Below the pieces are notes generated by a model, which saw only the letters and a program-made list of their open reading frames with translations, made no database searches and was not told the DNA's origin. Positions 48,222 through 57,343 of a DNA stretch of 64,000 bases are shown piece after piece. The position numbers and the translations under genes were made by a program. Each line of letters starts with the position of its first letter. Within the stretch, counting starts at the first letter, position 1. This DNA is from a virus. The stretch spans positions 6,415-70,414 of IMG/VR virus record IMGVR_UViG_3300048583_000155. One strand, 5' to 3'.

Positions 48222-48484
48222 TTGTCTGTGATGAAGTTTTTTATATCCCGAAGAACAACCATAATCTCTCTTTTCCCAACGCCGTAGAAAAACATAATGA
48301 TTGATGACGCAAGCAATATATAGAAAGCTGACAGAAAGGCAAATTCTTCCCAATCATATAACGCTCTGTTCCCGACAAGAATGTAGACAAACGTCGAGTA
48401 CAGACCGAAAACAACAAAACTCAAAAACGAGGTTATAAATAAAAACCTCACACATTGCATAAAGAATTCTCCTATCTTTTTCAT
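48218..48484 (-). CDS. Two-TM membrane protein
   Basis: Two hydrophobic segments; start MKKIGEFF. Confidence 0.65.
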   Translation of the reverse strand: MKKIGEFFMQCVRFLFITSFLSFVVFGLYSTFVYILVGNRALYDWEEFAFLSAFYILLASSIIMFFYGVGKREIMVVLRDIKNFITDK

Positions 48485-48497
48485 ATTCCGGCAAGTA

Positions 48498-49040
48498 TCA
48501 TAAATCCTCACTCAAAATATAAGGCATCAACACCCCAAACTGACCATCCTCGGCGCTAGGTGTGATATGGATTCCCGCCCTTTCCTGAAACCTCATCCTC
48601 AAAGCACCTCCGTGATGAAAACATTTCGAAATCTGATTGAATTTATTCGCATCTATCCCGATTCTGTTGATGTCAGCAGATTTATACCCGATTACATTCT
48701 CATATTCAGGATAACCGTTACCTTCAATTTCATAAGCGGTTTTCAGTTTGTAATCAACCGAATACTCCTCGCTCACGCAGGTAATCATTCCTTTTGAGAT
48801 TTTTATCACAGGATGCTTTATAATCTCCCGATACTGCTTTGGATGGACTAAATAACCTTCCAAATCTTCGGAGTACTGCTCAAAACCACTCAATGACAAA
48901 GGTATTTTTACCAATATGTGTCCATCGGTGGCTACCATATTCCCTTTGTGGAAATAGATGTAATTCATAATCGGCCTCAATCTGTCCGTGCTACACGCAT
49001 AATCAGGGCGTCCCTTGAAGTTAATTTTTAATTTTCCCAT
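48498..49040 (-). CDS. Truncated DNA polymerase III beta-clamp (DnaN)-like protein
   Basis: ACSTDRLRPIM ... MVATDGHIL ... GYPEYENVI ... GVLMP match clamp domain II-III motifs. Confidence 0.7.
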   Translation of the reverse strand: MGKLKINFKGRPDYACSTDRLRPIMNYIYFHKGNMVATDGHILVKIPLSLSGFEQYSEDLEGYLVHPKQYREIIKHPVIKISKGMITCVSEEYSVDYKLKTAYEIEGNGYPEYENVIGYKSADINRIGIDANKFNQISKCFHHGGALRMRFQERAGIHITPSAEDGQFGVLMPYILSEDL

Positions 49041-49045
49041 AGTTT

Positions 49046-49846
49046 TTATATTCCGGTAAATGATAATTGTTGTCCTTCTTTTGGTTTTTGATCTTCATGC
49101 CATTTTGCTACCCGATCAAGAATAATATCGTAATACTTCTCTTCTTTTTCCATTACAATAAAACCCCTTTCTTCTTCGAGTGAAGCGATAGCCGTAGTAC
49201 CCGATCCTCCACAGTTATCAAGAACCACATCTCCTTTGTTTGTATAGGTCCTGATAAGATATCGAAAAAGATCAACGGGTTTTTGGGTAGGGTGTAAGGC
49301 TGATTTCTGTTTGTCGGATTTAAATACCTGAACACTTCTCGGGAATCTCTCTGTTGAGTCGTAATCCGGGATAGATTCCAAAATCTCCTTTCCATATAAC
49401 CTATCATCCTTCTCGTTTGATCTCTTAGCGCAGTCTCTTCTATTCTTAGCGGAAGACACTTTTCTGACGTGCCCAAATGTTTTCTGAGGGTTATATGTCG
49501 GCAAATGTTTATAGAACACCAATACGTTCTCATGGGACTTCATCGGCATCTTCTTTGAATTCAAAGCACCGGTAGCGCTAGTTTTCTCCCAAATCCACTC
49601 ATACCTGAATAATTTAGGCTCAGCCAAAACCAACATAGATGAAAAAGGCTGCTCTGCAGTCAGTACAATAGCCCCGTTTTTCTTGATTATCCTTTTGTAG
49701 TGATCCCAAAGCGGGACCATATGGATCATTTTATCCCACTTCGCCCTAGTTTTTTCATAAGGCAAATCACAAAGAATCATATCTACACTCCCATCAGGAA
49801 TATCCTTCATTAATTCCAAACAGTCACCAAGCAGGATTTTATTCAT
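49046..49846 (-). CDS. DNA methyltransferase, N4-cytosine/N6-adenine (beta class)
   Basis: GDCLELM, ILCDLPY, HPTQKPV, VLDNCGGSGTT. Confidence 0.95.
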   Translation of the reverse strand: MNKILLGDCLELMKDIPDGSVDMILCDLPYEKTRAKWDKMIHMVPLWDHYKRIIKKNGAIVLTAEQPFSSMLVLAEPKLFRYEWIWEKTSATGALNSKKMPMKSHENVLVFYKHLPTYNPQKTFGHVRKVSSAKNRRDCAKRSNEKDDRLYGKEILESIPDYDSTERFPRSVQVFKSDKQKSALHPTQKPVDLFRYLIRTYTNKGDVVLDNCGGSGTTAIASLEEERGFIVMEKEEKYYDIILDRVAKWHEDQKPKEGQQLSFTGI

Positions 49847-50025
49847 AGCCTACAGATCAGTTCTTTGAGTTTGTCAGTGATTATTTCAGCGAATACACCA
49901 TCAGTATTTCTCGAGGCTATATCAAGAACCTTTGTCAGCACAGCTATTTCATGAGCCGTTTGATTTCTTTCTCTGAGTTTATTTTCATAAAGCTCAGCTT
50001 CCGTAAATTTTGTGTTATTTTCCAT
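49843..50025 (-). CDS. Hypothetical protein
   Basis: 60 aa, coupled to methyltransferase. Confidence 0.6.
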   Translation of the reverse strand: MENNTKFTEAELYENKLRERNQTAHEIAVLTKVLDIASRNTDGVFAEIITDKLKELICRL

Positions 50026-50137
50026 AGTTGTTAAAGTTGATTAACAAAGTTAAGTAAATATGTTCTGTAAATACCAATGATTATGAAAATAAATCTGAAA
50101 AATGGTGTGGTAAATACTAGAACCGGGCAAATGAGAG

Positions 50138-50683
50138 TTAAAGAATTATATCACTCTCTACCTCATTTCCCCATACATCCCAACCATCATGTTTCTCTCG
50201 TGCAAATAGTTCAATTTTACTCCCAAAAGAAACCGCTTCTATCATTTTACGGAAATCATCAGGCTTTTTACTATGCTTCTCTACAGGTAGTTTTTTAATG
50301 TTATGCTCCAATGAACGAAATGCTTTTACCTTTCCCTTTACACCAACCAAAATATGTTCAGTATGCCCACGAAACCAATATCCCATTCCTTTACACCTTT
50401 CTTTGTGCCAAGTAATCGTCGTCTTGTATTTGAAGCCCCATTGCTTCATTGTTTCTAATGCTTCAGGCAATAGAGGATTGGTAGCCCAAAGGAAAAGCAC
50501 ACAATCTTTCTCACAAATTTCTTTTACGGGCAGACTCATAATATCAGTCATGGACATTGTTTTATAGTAATAATCAACACCTGACGAATACCCACTTCCC
50601 TTTGATCCACCCTTAGATGCGGTTGGTTCTTTAAAATTATAACTCCAAGGAGGATCAGCGTAAATCACATTATATTTTTTCAT
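50138..50683 (-). CDS. MT-A70 family adenine methyltransferase
   Basis: YNVIYADPPW, LFLWAT, WGFKYKT, GMGYWFRGHTE, HSKKPD, IELFAR, GWDVWGNE. Confidence 0.95.
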   Translation of the reverse strand: MKKYNVIYADPPWSYNFKEPTASKGGSKGSGYSSGVDYYYKTMSMTDIMSLPVKEICEKDCVLFLWATNPLLPEALETMKQWGFKYKTTITWHKERCKGMGYWFRGHTEHILVGVKGKVKAFRSLEHNIKKLPVEKHSKKPDDFRKMIEAVSFGSKIELFAREKHDGWDVWGNEVESDIIL

Positions 50684-50787
50684 TCGGTAAATATAAGAAT
50701 TACTTAACATTGTTAATTGTATTTAATTAAAATATTTATTGAAGACTGAATGTTTTGAAAAAGTGGTATATAGATAATAATGTGGGG

Positions 50788-51258
50788 CTAAGTCAATCTT
50801 TTGAATATCGTTTCTCCGGCATACCCTTTACTCATCTCCAATATACAGGTTTGGACCCGACTACCTTTAAAAGCACTTCTCGGCAAATGGGTTATCGACT
50901 TCAGCCCGAAAGCCATAATATCCCTAGTTCTTCGCTCCCCGTTTATAATGGTCAAATAAGGCATCAGAGCAATGATATTATCACTCATTCCCATACACCT
51001 GTAAAGAATATCATAACCCTGTTTCATAGGTGTAAATGGAGGATTCATTACAATCCAATCAAACCTATCGTCAGGCATAGAATTAAGGTCGTCAGGACAT
51101 ATTACCTCTCCGTGTGATTCCAATTCTTTTACGAGATTGCCCCTGCCCGGCGTAGGCTCCAATATTAATCCCGCTTTCTCAGGCAACAAAGAAGCCATAT
51201 ACCTACATATCCCTACAGGAGTCTGAAACTGATCTCCCCAATCTTTGAATTTTTCCAT
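50788..51258 (-). CDS. Minimal N6-adenine methyltransferase (gamma-type)
   Basis: DQFQTP, ILEPTPGRGNL (motif I), WIVMNPPF (motif IV). Confidence 0.88.
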   Translation of the reverse strand: MEKFKDWGDQFQTPVGICRYMASLLPEKAGLILEPTPGRGNLVKELESHGEVICPDDLNSMPDDRFDWIVMNPPFTPMKQGYDILYRCMGMSDNIIALMPYLTIINGERRTRDIMAFGLKSITHLPRSAFKGSRVQTCILEMSKGYAGETIFKRLT

Positions 51259-51586
51259 ATCCGAAAGATATCAAATTTTAATGTATTGTAATAACTACTT
51301 TTTTGGTATTTAATTGGTTTGTTTATGTCTTTTTTGTTATAAAAAATGGTATATGGATTAGGGTTTGGGGTTCTAACCACCAGCCAACCGAACCGATCCC
51401 GAAAGGAAAACGGATTTTCTTTCTCCGGTGGGTCTGGTTTTCAAACTTTGGTTTTTGTTTTCAATCCTGTTTATTATCGAAATACAGATTAACTGCCATT
51501 AAAATACATTTGTAGTCCGATTGAAATTTAATAGTGTGTTAATTATCATAATTACCAATGATAAACCGTGTTCAGTAGAAAACAAA

Positions 51587-51702
51587 TGCAACATCATTGC
51601 AGATTATAAATAAAGTACAATTTTCAGGCTATTTATGCAACACTATTGCAAATACCAAAGTGTTTTGTCGGGGATTTTCGAGACTTATGCAACATTGTTG
51701 CA
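51587..51702. promoter_or_regulatory. Three palindromic operator-like repeats TGCAACAnnRTTGCA
   Basis: Copies at 51587-51601, 51636-51650, 51688-51702 in the AT-rich divergence region. Confidence 0.7.
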
Positions 51703-51832
51703 AATAGATATTGATTGAATCTTTGATTAATCTAATTACTTTGTTAAGTACTTTGTGTTTCAAAGTTCTTTTTGTTTATATTTATGGCTTAACCCCACAT
51801 AAAAACAATCTATTTTCCAAATTCTTTAAACT

Positions 51833-52189
51833 ATGAAAAAACCCGATAATACATTTGATATCATATTTAATTGGGTTGGTACGAGTGAATTATTTAAACA
51901 ATACGGAATGAACAAAGGTAATATTATAGTGTTTATTTTGATTCTAAGCTTATTTGAACAAAATACGATAGTAAGTAAGTATGACGTAATTAAAGCTAAC
52001 AGAAGTAAAAAAATGACGTCACACGCAAATATTTATCAATTGATTAACCTTGGTCTATTATCAGCTAATAAATCAAACCAATTTTTTTCTAAATCTTACC
52101 TTTCGTTAACCCCTAAAGGACTTTTGCTTAAATCTCAGCTTAAGAAAGTTCTTAATTCCCCCATTGCGGGGAATGGTCCTAAACAATAG
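51833..52189 (+). CDS. Winged-helix (MarR-like) DNA-binding protein
   Basis: NIYQLINLGLL ... YLSLTPKGLLL wing motif; first gene of plus-strand arm. Confidence 0.7.
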   Translation: MKKPDNTFDIIFNWVGTSELFKQYGMNKGNIIVFILILSLFEQNTIVSKYDVIKANRSKKMTSHANIYQLINLGLLSANKSNQFFSKSYLSLTPKGLLLKSQLKKVLNSPIAGNGPKQ

Positions 52190-52354
52190 TCTATTTCTTT
52201 AATCTTTTCCTTTGTTCGGGTATTAATTCATTTGCCGAAATTCAATATTTACCGCTTATCAGGGATTTTTACCGCCAGTGTAAATTCTATTTGATTAAAC
52301 CTGTTTTTAAACTTATTTCAATCATTCATTCAAACAATCTAAATATTATCAACC

Positions 52355-52597
52355 ATGAAAGCAACAATCAGCGAACTTTGGGAAACAAGAAGAGAATTAA
52401 TCACTTTCAATAATAGTGATACAGACAGGCCACAAACATTTGCAGAATTGAAAAAATGTGAAAATGTACTAATAGGCGATAAGATACCCTATACAAGAAT
52501 GTACGAGGTCCTTATAGATAACAGTTTGGTAATGGTTGAAGCCGTTAAAGTTCATCACCCAATGGGGGGAATTATGAGTATTTTGGAAGTAATGTAA
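52355..52597 (+). CDS. Early hypothetical protein
   Basis: AACCATG start context, terminator downstream. Confidence 0.7.
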   Translation: MKATISELWETRRELITFNNSDTDRPQTFAELKKCENVLIGDKIPYTRMYEVLIDNSLVMVEAVKVHHPMGGIMSILEVM

Positions 52598-52617
52598 ATT
52601 ATCTTATCCCAAACTTT

Positions 52618-52642
52618 AAACCCTACTAGATAGGGTTTTTTT
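52618..52642 (+). terminator. Rho-independent terminator
   Basis: AAACCCTA-CTAGA-TAGGGTTT followed by TTTT. Confidence 0.8.
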
Positions 52643-52789
52643 GTGCATTATTGATTCTGGGATTGAAATTTTTAAAATGAGTATTTGCCGGATTTTACCG
52701 CTCATGTAATTATGCTGCCGTTCATGTAAGTTCGATAGCTATTTTTTGCGCTGACTGCGATATTCGGGTATAATTTAAATCAAATAACC

Positions 52790-52990
52790 ATGACACAGGA
52801 TCAATTTAACTCCGCATTAAATGAAGTAATAACCACAGGTAAAACAACTGTATTTATTCAATACAAAGAAATTGTTGACACTATGTATAAAGTTCCTTTT
52901 TGGACTGAAAAAGAACAGATTGAAATTTATTCAACTGAATTGCTTTTACATGTTGTTAGCCATACTTCATATTATAAAATATCTATTTAG
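52790..52990 (+). CDS. Early hypothetical protein
   Basis: AACCATG start. Confidence 0.65.
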   Translation: MTQDQFNSALNEVITTGKTTVFIQYKEIVDTMYKVPFWTEKEQIEIYSTELLLHVVSHTSYYKISI

Positions 52991-53012
52991 TCCATACTTA
53001 AACAACAAACCA

Positions 53013-53228
53013 ATGAAAACTTTAAAATGTAGCCTTGATCCAAAAAACAGCGGGATTATCTACCAAACAAACGGAATTCCAATAAATGAAAATATGGGAT
53101 TCAACGATTTTGAAAAAGTTTACCATGCAAAAAGGGTTTATCCTAAAAATTGGGGAATTGATCCTCAGGAACTTGTAATTAGACTTGTTGATATTGAAGG
53201 TGAAAGACCTTACTATTTCGAGGTTTAA
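53013..53228 (+). CDS. Early hypothetical protein
   Basis: Start reassigned to MKTLKC after A-rich leader. Confidence 0.65.
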   Translation: MKTLKCSLDPKNSGIIYQTNGIPINENMGFNDFEKVYHAKRVYPKNWGIDPQELVIRLVDIEGERPYYFEV

Positions 53229-53320
53229 CCACTCATCAACTTATTAAACCATTCACATAAAATCAATTCATTTGCCCGATTATCAAAAGTAAATTTACTC
53301 AACATTAAAATTTAGAAATT

Positions 53321-53668
53321 ATGAAAGGCATAACAGAAATTACAGTTGTTGACTATGAAAATAATGAGATTATGGTCAATGTTGATTTGGAGAAAAAGAA
53401 AGTAATACGGGTTTATTGCTATTCTGACTCAATACCTCAATTAGAATCGGGTAGATATTTGAAAAATTCACCGACAAAAAACAGTCTTTTTAGTAACCTC
53501 AATTTGTCTGATTTTAAAAAGTATGTCAAAGAGTCTCTAAAAAACAGTTACGGGATTATAGCAGTCTTAAACAGTCCTGAAGAAGAAGGTTATAGCGAAT
53601 TAGAAAACAGTATTGTAATTGAATCCTTGCAAAATTTCGGATTTGATACAGAATATCAAATAGGTTAA
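53321..53668 (+). CDS. Early hypothetical protein
   Basis: 115 aa ORF. Confidence 0.7.
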   Translation: MKGITEITVVDYENNEIMVNVDLEKKKVIRVYCYSDSIPQLESGRYLKNSPTKNSLFSNLNLSDFKKYVKESLKNSYGIIAVLNSPEEEGYSELENSIVIESLQNFGFDTEYQIG

Positions 53669-53813
53669 TCAAAACTAACTTTAAACCAATAAACTCAAAA
53701 GCAGACAGAAAAGAATTTGCAGTCCTATTGTACAACTACAGGTTAGCAATGCCACAGGCAGAAATTTATCCAAGCTCAAGACCTTGCAAAAATTGGAAAG
53801 ACTAAACATTATA

Positions 53814-53855
53814 TCCCTTATCGGCTAGACCGTTGCATTTGATTGCAGTAAGGGA
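53814..53855 (+). ncRNA. Compact three-way-junction RNA/DNA structure
   Basis: TCCCTTA/TAAGGGA closing stem enclosing CGG-CTAGA-CCG and TTGCA-TTTGAT-TGCAG hairpins. Confidence 0.45.
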
Positions 53856-53901
53856 CAAAAAAGGGCATTTGCCCAAATTTCAAATCTAAACTATAAAAAC
53901 C

Positions 53902-54036
53902 ATGAAAAATTTAGGAATTCAAATTGCATTATTAATCGGTTTAGTCTCAGGTGCGGGATTATTCGCATTAATCATTTTCACAGGCTACAAATTAGCCGTC
54001 TCTAATGTATCAATTGATTTATTTTCAGGAATTTAA
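53902..54036 (+). CDS. 44-aa membrane peptide (not in ORF track)
   Basis: MKNLGIQIALLIGLVSGAGLFALIIFTGYKLAVSNVSIDLFSGI; AAAACCATG start. Confidence 0.65.
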   Translation: MKNLGIQIALLIGLVSGAGLFALIIFTGYKLAVSNVSIDLFSGI

Positions 54037-54048
54037 AAGGGAAAAGCC

Positions 54049-54279
54049 ATGAAAAAGCAAGAAATTAAAAAATCAGAATACCGAAAATTAATGCAAAATG
54101 CAGGATTTAAGGTAAGTTTCAAAACTATTGGATTCTCAGACCTTTTGAGAAAATCCTCAGAAACTCAAATAATCAAAAACGAAAAAGGTCAGGAAATGCC
54201 ATCTATTTTTTGCGGAGAAGAGCATTTGAACCAATGGAAAAAAGCAATCGAATTAAAAAACACCTTTCAGCCAGTTTAA
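54049..54279 (+). CDS. Early hypothetical protein
   Basis: AAGCCATG start. Confidence 0.7.
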   Translation: MKKQEIKKSEYRKLMQNAGFKVSFKTIGFSDLLRKSSETQIIKNEKGQEMPSIFCGEEHLNQWKKAIELKNTFQPV

Positions 54280-54282
54280 GCC

Positions 54283-54588
54283 ATGAAAACGAGCAAAAAC
54301 ACAATCTTAGAACCTGTTTTGATGGTAGATAGCCATCACGGAACTTATTCTCCAAAGATATTTTTGGAGACTGTAAACGCAGAAATTAAAAAGCAAATTC
54401 CAGCAAATCTCAGGATTGAATTAAGGAATCCAGAAGGAGAAAATTATTGGGATGCTTGGGATAAAGTTTTGGATATTGTATTCAAGGTAGGAAGACAAAA
54501 ATTCTTTTTGGATTCTGTAGATGGCGATATATGGCTAATTCCTTTTTGCTACACTCGAACAAAGGAATACAAAGAAAACTGGCTATGA
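54283..54588 (+). CDS. Early hypothetical phage protein
   Basis: DSHHGTYSP ... YWDAWDKVLD ... DGDIWLIP pattern. Confidence 0.75.
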   Translation: MKTSKNTILEPVLMVDSHHGTYSPKIFLETVNAEIKKQIPANLRIELRNPEGENYWDAWDKVLDIVFKVGRQKFFLDSVDGDIWLIPFCYTRTKEYKENWL

Positions 54589-54749
54589 AAACCCTAAAAA
54601 GAATAATATCGGTCAATTGGAATGATTTAAAATCAATCCAGAAAGCAGAATTGAAAAAGTCACGTTTGGAAAACCTTGGGTATAATTTAGAACATACCCA
54701 AATTTCCGGAAATATCACAATTTTAACCTATTCACCGTCTATCAAATAA
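54585..54749 (+). CDS. Early hypothetical protein
   Basis: ATGA overlap; KSIQKAELKKSRLENLGY. Confidence 0.65.
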   Translation: MKTLKRIISVNWNDLKSIQKAELKKSRLENLGYNLEHTQISGNITILTYSPSIK

Positions 54750-54829
54750 TAATACCATCCATGTAAGTTCACTATTTTCTCATTTGCGGATTTACGAAAT
54801 TTACTTAAACATTAAAACACATAGAAACC

Positions 54830-55090
54830 ATGACAGCGAAAGAATTGAACCGAGATATTAAAAGACTAGGGGCAGAAATTTACAGAATGAGCTTTGAAGA
54901 CCAAACCAAGTATTTTGAATACTTGGAAAAGGTTGCAAAACCTGAATTTACAAGGCTTTATTTAGCCGATGGAAGTTTCGAATATATGAATTTATCGAGT
55001 GTTAAAATTATGCTTCGCTTGAATGTTGCACACAGGTTTTATCCTCTTCATTTGTTCGGTATCAATATCAATTATTCAAAATTAGTATAA
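54830..55090 (+). CDS. Early hypothetical protein
   Basis: AAACCATG start. Confidence 0.7.
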   Translation: MTAKELNRDIKRLGAEIYRMSFEDQTKYFEYLEKVAKPEFTRLYLADGSFEYMNLSSVKIMLRLNVAHRFYPLHLFGININYSKLV

Positions 55091-55091
55091 C

Positions 55092-55310
55092 ATGGAAAAG
55101 ATACAAATCGGCCAAAAATACAGGCTTAGAAACGGCTTAGAAACCTCAGAAATCAGACTTGCAAACAATGGCACAAATTATATTTTTGAATCTGAAGTAA
55201 TTGAACCCGAACATGAAACGCCATCAATAATGGCATGGAATAAAAACGGCAGATTTTTAGCCGATGGAATAGAAAGCAGACTTGATATAATTGAACAGAC
55301 AAAACCATGA
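55092..55310 (+). CDS. Early hypothetical protein
   Basis: IGQKYRLRNG ... WNKNGRF ... LDII pattern. Confidence 0.7.
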   Translation: MEKIQIGQKYRLRNGLETSEIRLANNGTNYIFESEVIEPEHETPSIMAWNKNGRFLADGIESRLDIIEQTKP

Positions 55311-55585
55311 AAGCTAAAATCAAAACACAAAACTATCATTTGCTAAAAGATATCGGTATTCACGGAATCGAAAGCAGAAAAGAAGTGCAAGGGGATAAGC
55401 TAAAAGCAATTTACAGGCTTATCCAAAAGAAAGGCAAACCAATACAGACAACTGAAACAGGTTTGAACGGGGTAAAAGCCTTGGAATTTGGAGATGGGGA
55501 ATTTATCGCAATGAAAAGAACGGGATATAAAACAGGCTGTTTTTATCCTTGCGCAATCAAAACAATTTTACTGACAGTTTTATGA
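55307..55585 (+). CDS. Early hypothetical protein
   Basis: ATGA overlaps at both ends. Confidence 0.65.
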   Translation: MKAKIKTQNYHLLKDIGIHGIESRKEVQGDKLKAIYRLIQKKGKPIQTTETGLNGVKALEFGDGEFIAMKRTGYKTGCFYPCAIKTILLTVL

Positions 55586-55995
55586 AACCGACAATTTCAG
55601 AAATACAAACCGAAATACTGACACAAACAGGTTTAAAAACCTCAGTAAGTAAAGGGAAAGGAAGCATGAAAGGATATTTCCGTATTATGCCAATATTCCA
55701 AAATGGCACTTACCCAAACATGCCCCACGATTTTATTGTTCAGATGCGGGATAAATTATCAGTATTCGGGACGGAGGAAAAGCCAATTTTTTGCACAATA
55801 TCAGATATTTATGTATTCGATTTTGCGGACGATAGACAGATTCACAAAAAAGAAAGTAAAGGAAAGGAAATTTCAGAAATGAAAGTAAAGGAATGGGGAA
55901 GTAAAAATTCTCAAATGAGATTGGATAAAACAGCCTTAAGATATGCCAAAAAAAGGAAAGGGAAGAACGGGGACAACATGGTTAAATACTGGTAA
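55582..55995 (+). CDS. Early hypothetical protein
   Basis: Start reassigned to MKPTISE; KTSVSKGKGSMKGY. Confidence 0.7.
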   Translation: MKPTISEIQTEILTQTGLKTSVSKGKGSMKGYFRIMPIFQNGTYPNMPHDFIVQMRDKLSVFGTEEKPIFCTISDIYVFDFADDRQIHKKESKGKEISEMKVKEWGSKNSQMRLDKTALRYAKKRKGKNGDNMVKYW

Positions 55996-56023
55996 CAAAA
56001 AACAACAATTTAAAAACAAGACT

Positions 56024-56329
56024 ATGAAAGGACTAATTGCAGATATTTATCGAAGTGGTTATGATTGTCCCATAAATGTAATGAACGGGAAAAAATGGGT
56101 GACAATTATAGACAATCAAATTGCCGAAGTATTCGAAGCAAAAGAAGATTGTCCACCTGTTCGAATTGTAAGGAGACAATTAAATGGAAGTGAATACATT
56201 CATGCTGAACCAATGGAAAAAGGTTTTTACGCATTTGGAGGGACTTATATAACATGCTCGGACAGTAGGGTAAAAGCATTAAATAAATATCCAATCCCTC
56301 TACATGACAGGGATATGAGCAGAGAATAA
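56024..56329 (+). CDS. Early hypothetical phage protein
   Basis: MKGLIADIYR ... FGGTYITCSDSR ... PIPLHDR. Confidence 0.75.
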   Translation: MKGLIADIYRSGYDCPINVMNGKKWVTIIDNQIAEVFEAKEDCPPVRIVRRQLNGSEYIHAEPMEKGFYAFGGTYITCSDSRVKALNKYPIPLHDRDMSRE

Positions 56330-56417
56330 CCTCTTATCACTCCATTCTACCACAAATGTAAAATGGAGTGCTTAAACCAAATCATTTGCCGAAATTTCAA
56401 ATATAAATCATAAAGCC

Positions 56418-56945
56418 ATGAAGACTATACAAATCAATACTTACAAATTCAACGAATTAAGCGAAGAAGCCAAACAACAAGCATTAGAAAACCTTTGGGA
56501 TATCAATGTTGATTATGATTGGTGGGAAGGAGTTTACGAGGATGCAAAAAATGTAGGTTTAAAAATACTAGGCTTCGATATTGATCGGGCAAGCTATGTA
56601 AAAGCTAAATTTCTTTGGAGTGCTGAAGAGACGGCTGAAAAAATCCTCAAAGAACATGGGGAAATGTGCGAAACGTACAAAACCGCAAAGGAATTTTTAA
56701 AAGACAGGGATTCTTTGGTTGAAAAATACTCAGACGGCATTAATAAAAATATTGTTGCAGAGGATAACGAGTACGATTTTGACAACGATATCGAAGAATT
56801 GGAAGATGAATTTTTGAAAAGTATTTGCGAAGATTATCGGATTATGCTTAGTAAAGAATATGATTGGAGGACAAGCAAAGAAGCTATTATTGAATCAATC
56901 GAAAGTAATGACTATGACTTCACTGAAAACGGAAAAATCTACTAG
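56418..56945 (+). CDS. Acidic early phage protein
   Basis: YKFNELSEEAKQQA ... YDFTENGK; very Asp/Glu-rich. Confidence 0.8.
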   Translation: MKTIQINTYKFNELSEEAKQQALENLWDINVDYDWWEGVYEDAKNVGLKILGFDIDRASYVKAKFLWSAEETAEKILKEHGEMCETYKTAKEFLKDRDSLVEKYSDGINKNIVAEDNEYDFDNDIEELEDEFLKSICEDYRIMLSKEYDWRTSKEAIIESIESNDYDFTENGKIY

Positions 56946-57066
56946 CCATGAAACGCAAATTAAATTTACTCCAGATCACCTTTGTATTAATTCCTTTTGG
57001 GATTGTCATTTGGTGGAAAATTATTCAAAACTTATTTTAAAACATAAAACCAAAAAACAGACGGTA

Positions 57067-57330
57067 ATGAGAGAGTCCGAAAAATTAACAATCGAATGGC
57101 TTATCGAAGTCGTTTTGGATTATAGAGAAAAACTTAATATGAATGGAGGAAATGTAAATTCAATCCAATCAATAGACGATTCAATAGACTTGGTTCAGGT
57201 GGCCTTTTTGGGACAAATCCCAAGCGGAGACAGACAAGAGGAAATATTCGAAGATGGAACAGAATTAACCTTCAAAGAAGCATTGAAAGAGCTATTTGTT
57301 AGACTTGAAAATTCAGATTATTTCAATTAA
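57067..57330 (+). CDS. Early hypothetical protein
   Basis: Start reassigned to MRESEK. Confidence 0.6.
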   Translation: MRESEKLTIEWLIEVVLDYREKLNMNGGNVNSIQSIDDSIDLVQVAFLGQIPSGDRQEEIFEDGTELTFKEALKELFVRLENSDYFN

Positions 57331-57343
57331 ACAAACAAACAAA

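Noticed and set aside
41562-51258. Restriction-modification system (DUF559 nuclease plus methyltransferases)
   Set aside because: The nuclease is ~7 kb away, in the replication operon; orphan methyltransferases are common in phages
1-51300. Numerous plus-strand ORFs of 60-150 aa in the ORF track (e.g. 430-735, 5608-6012, 11611-12051, 43143-43637)
   Set aside because: They are antisense shadows of well-supported minus-strand genes, with Ser/Phe/Leu-rich composition and no start context; only 37635-38240 is accepted
51587-51702. Mini CRISPR array (three repeats about 50 bp apart)
   Set aside because: Repeats are only ~15-22 bp, vary in the centre and are palindromic like operators; no cas genes. 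A degenerate mini-array cannot be fully excluded.
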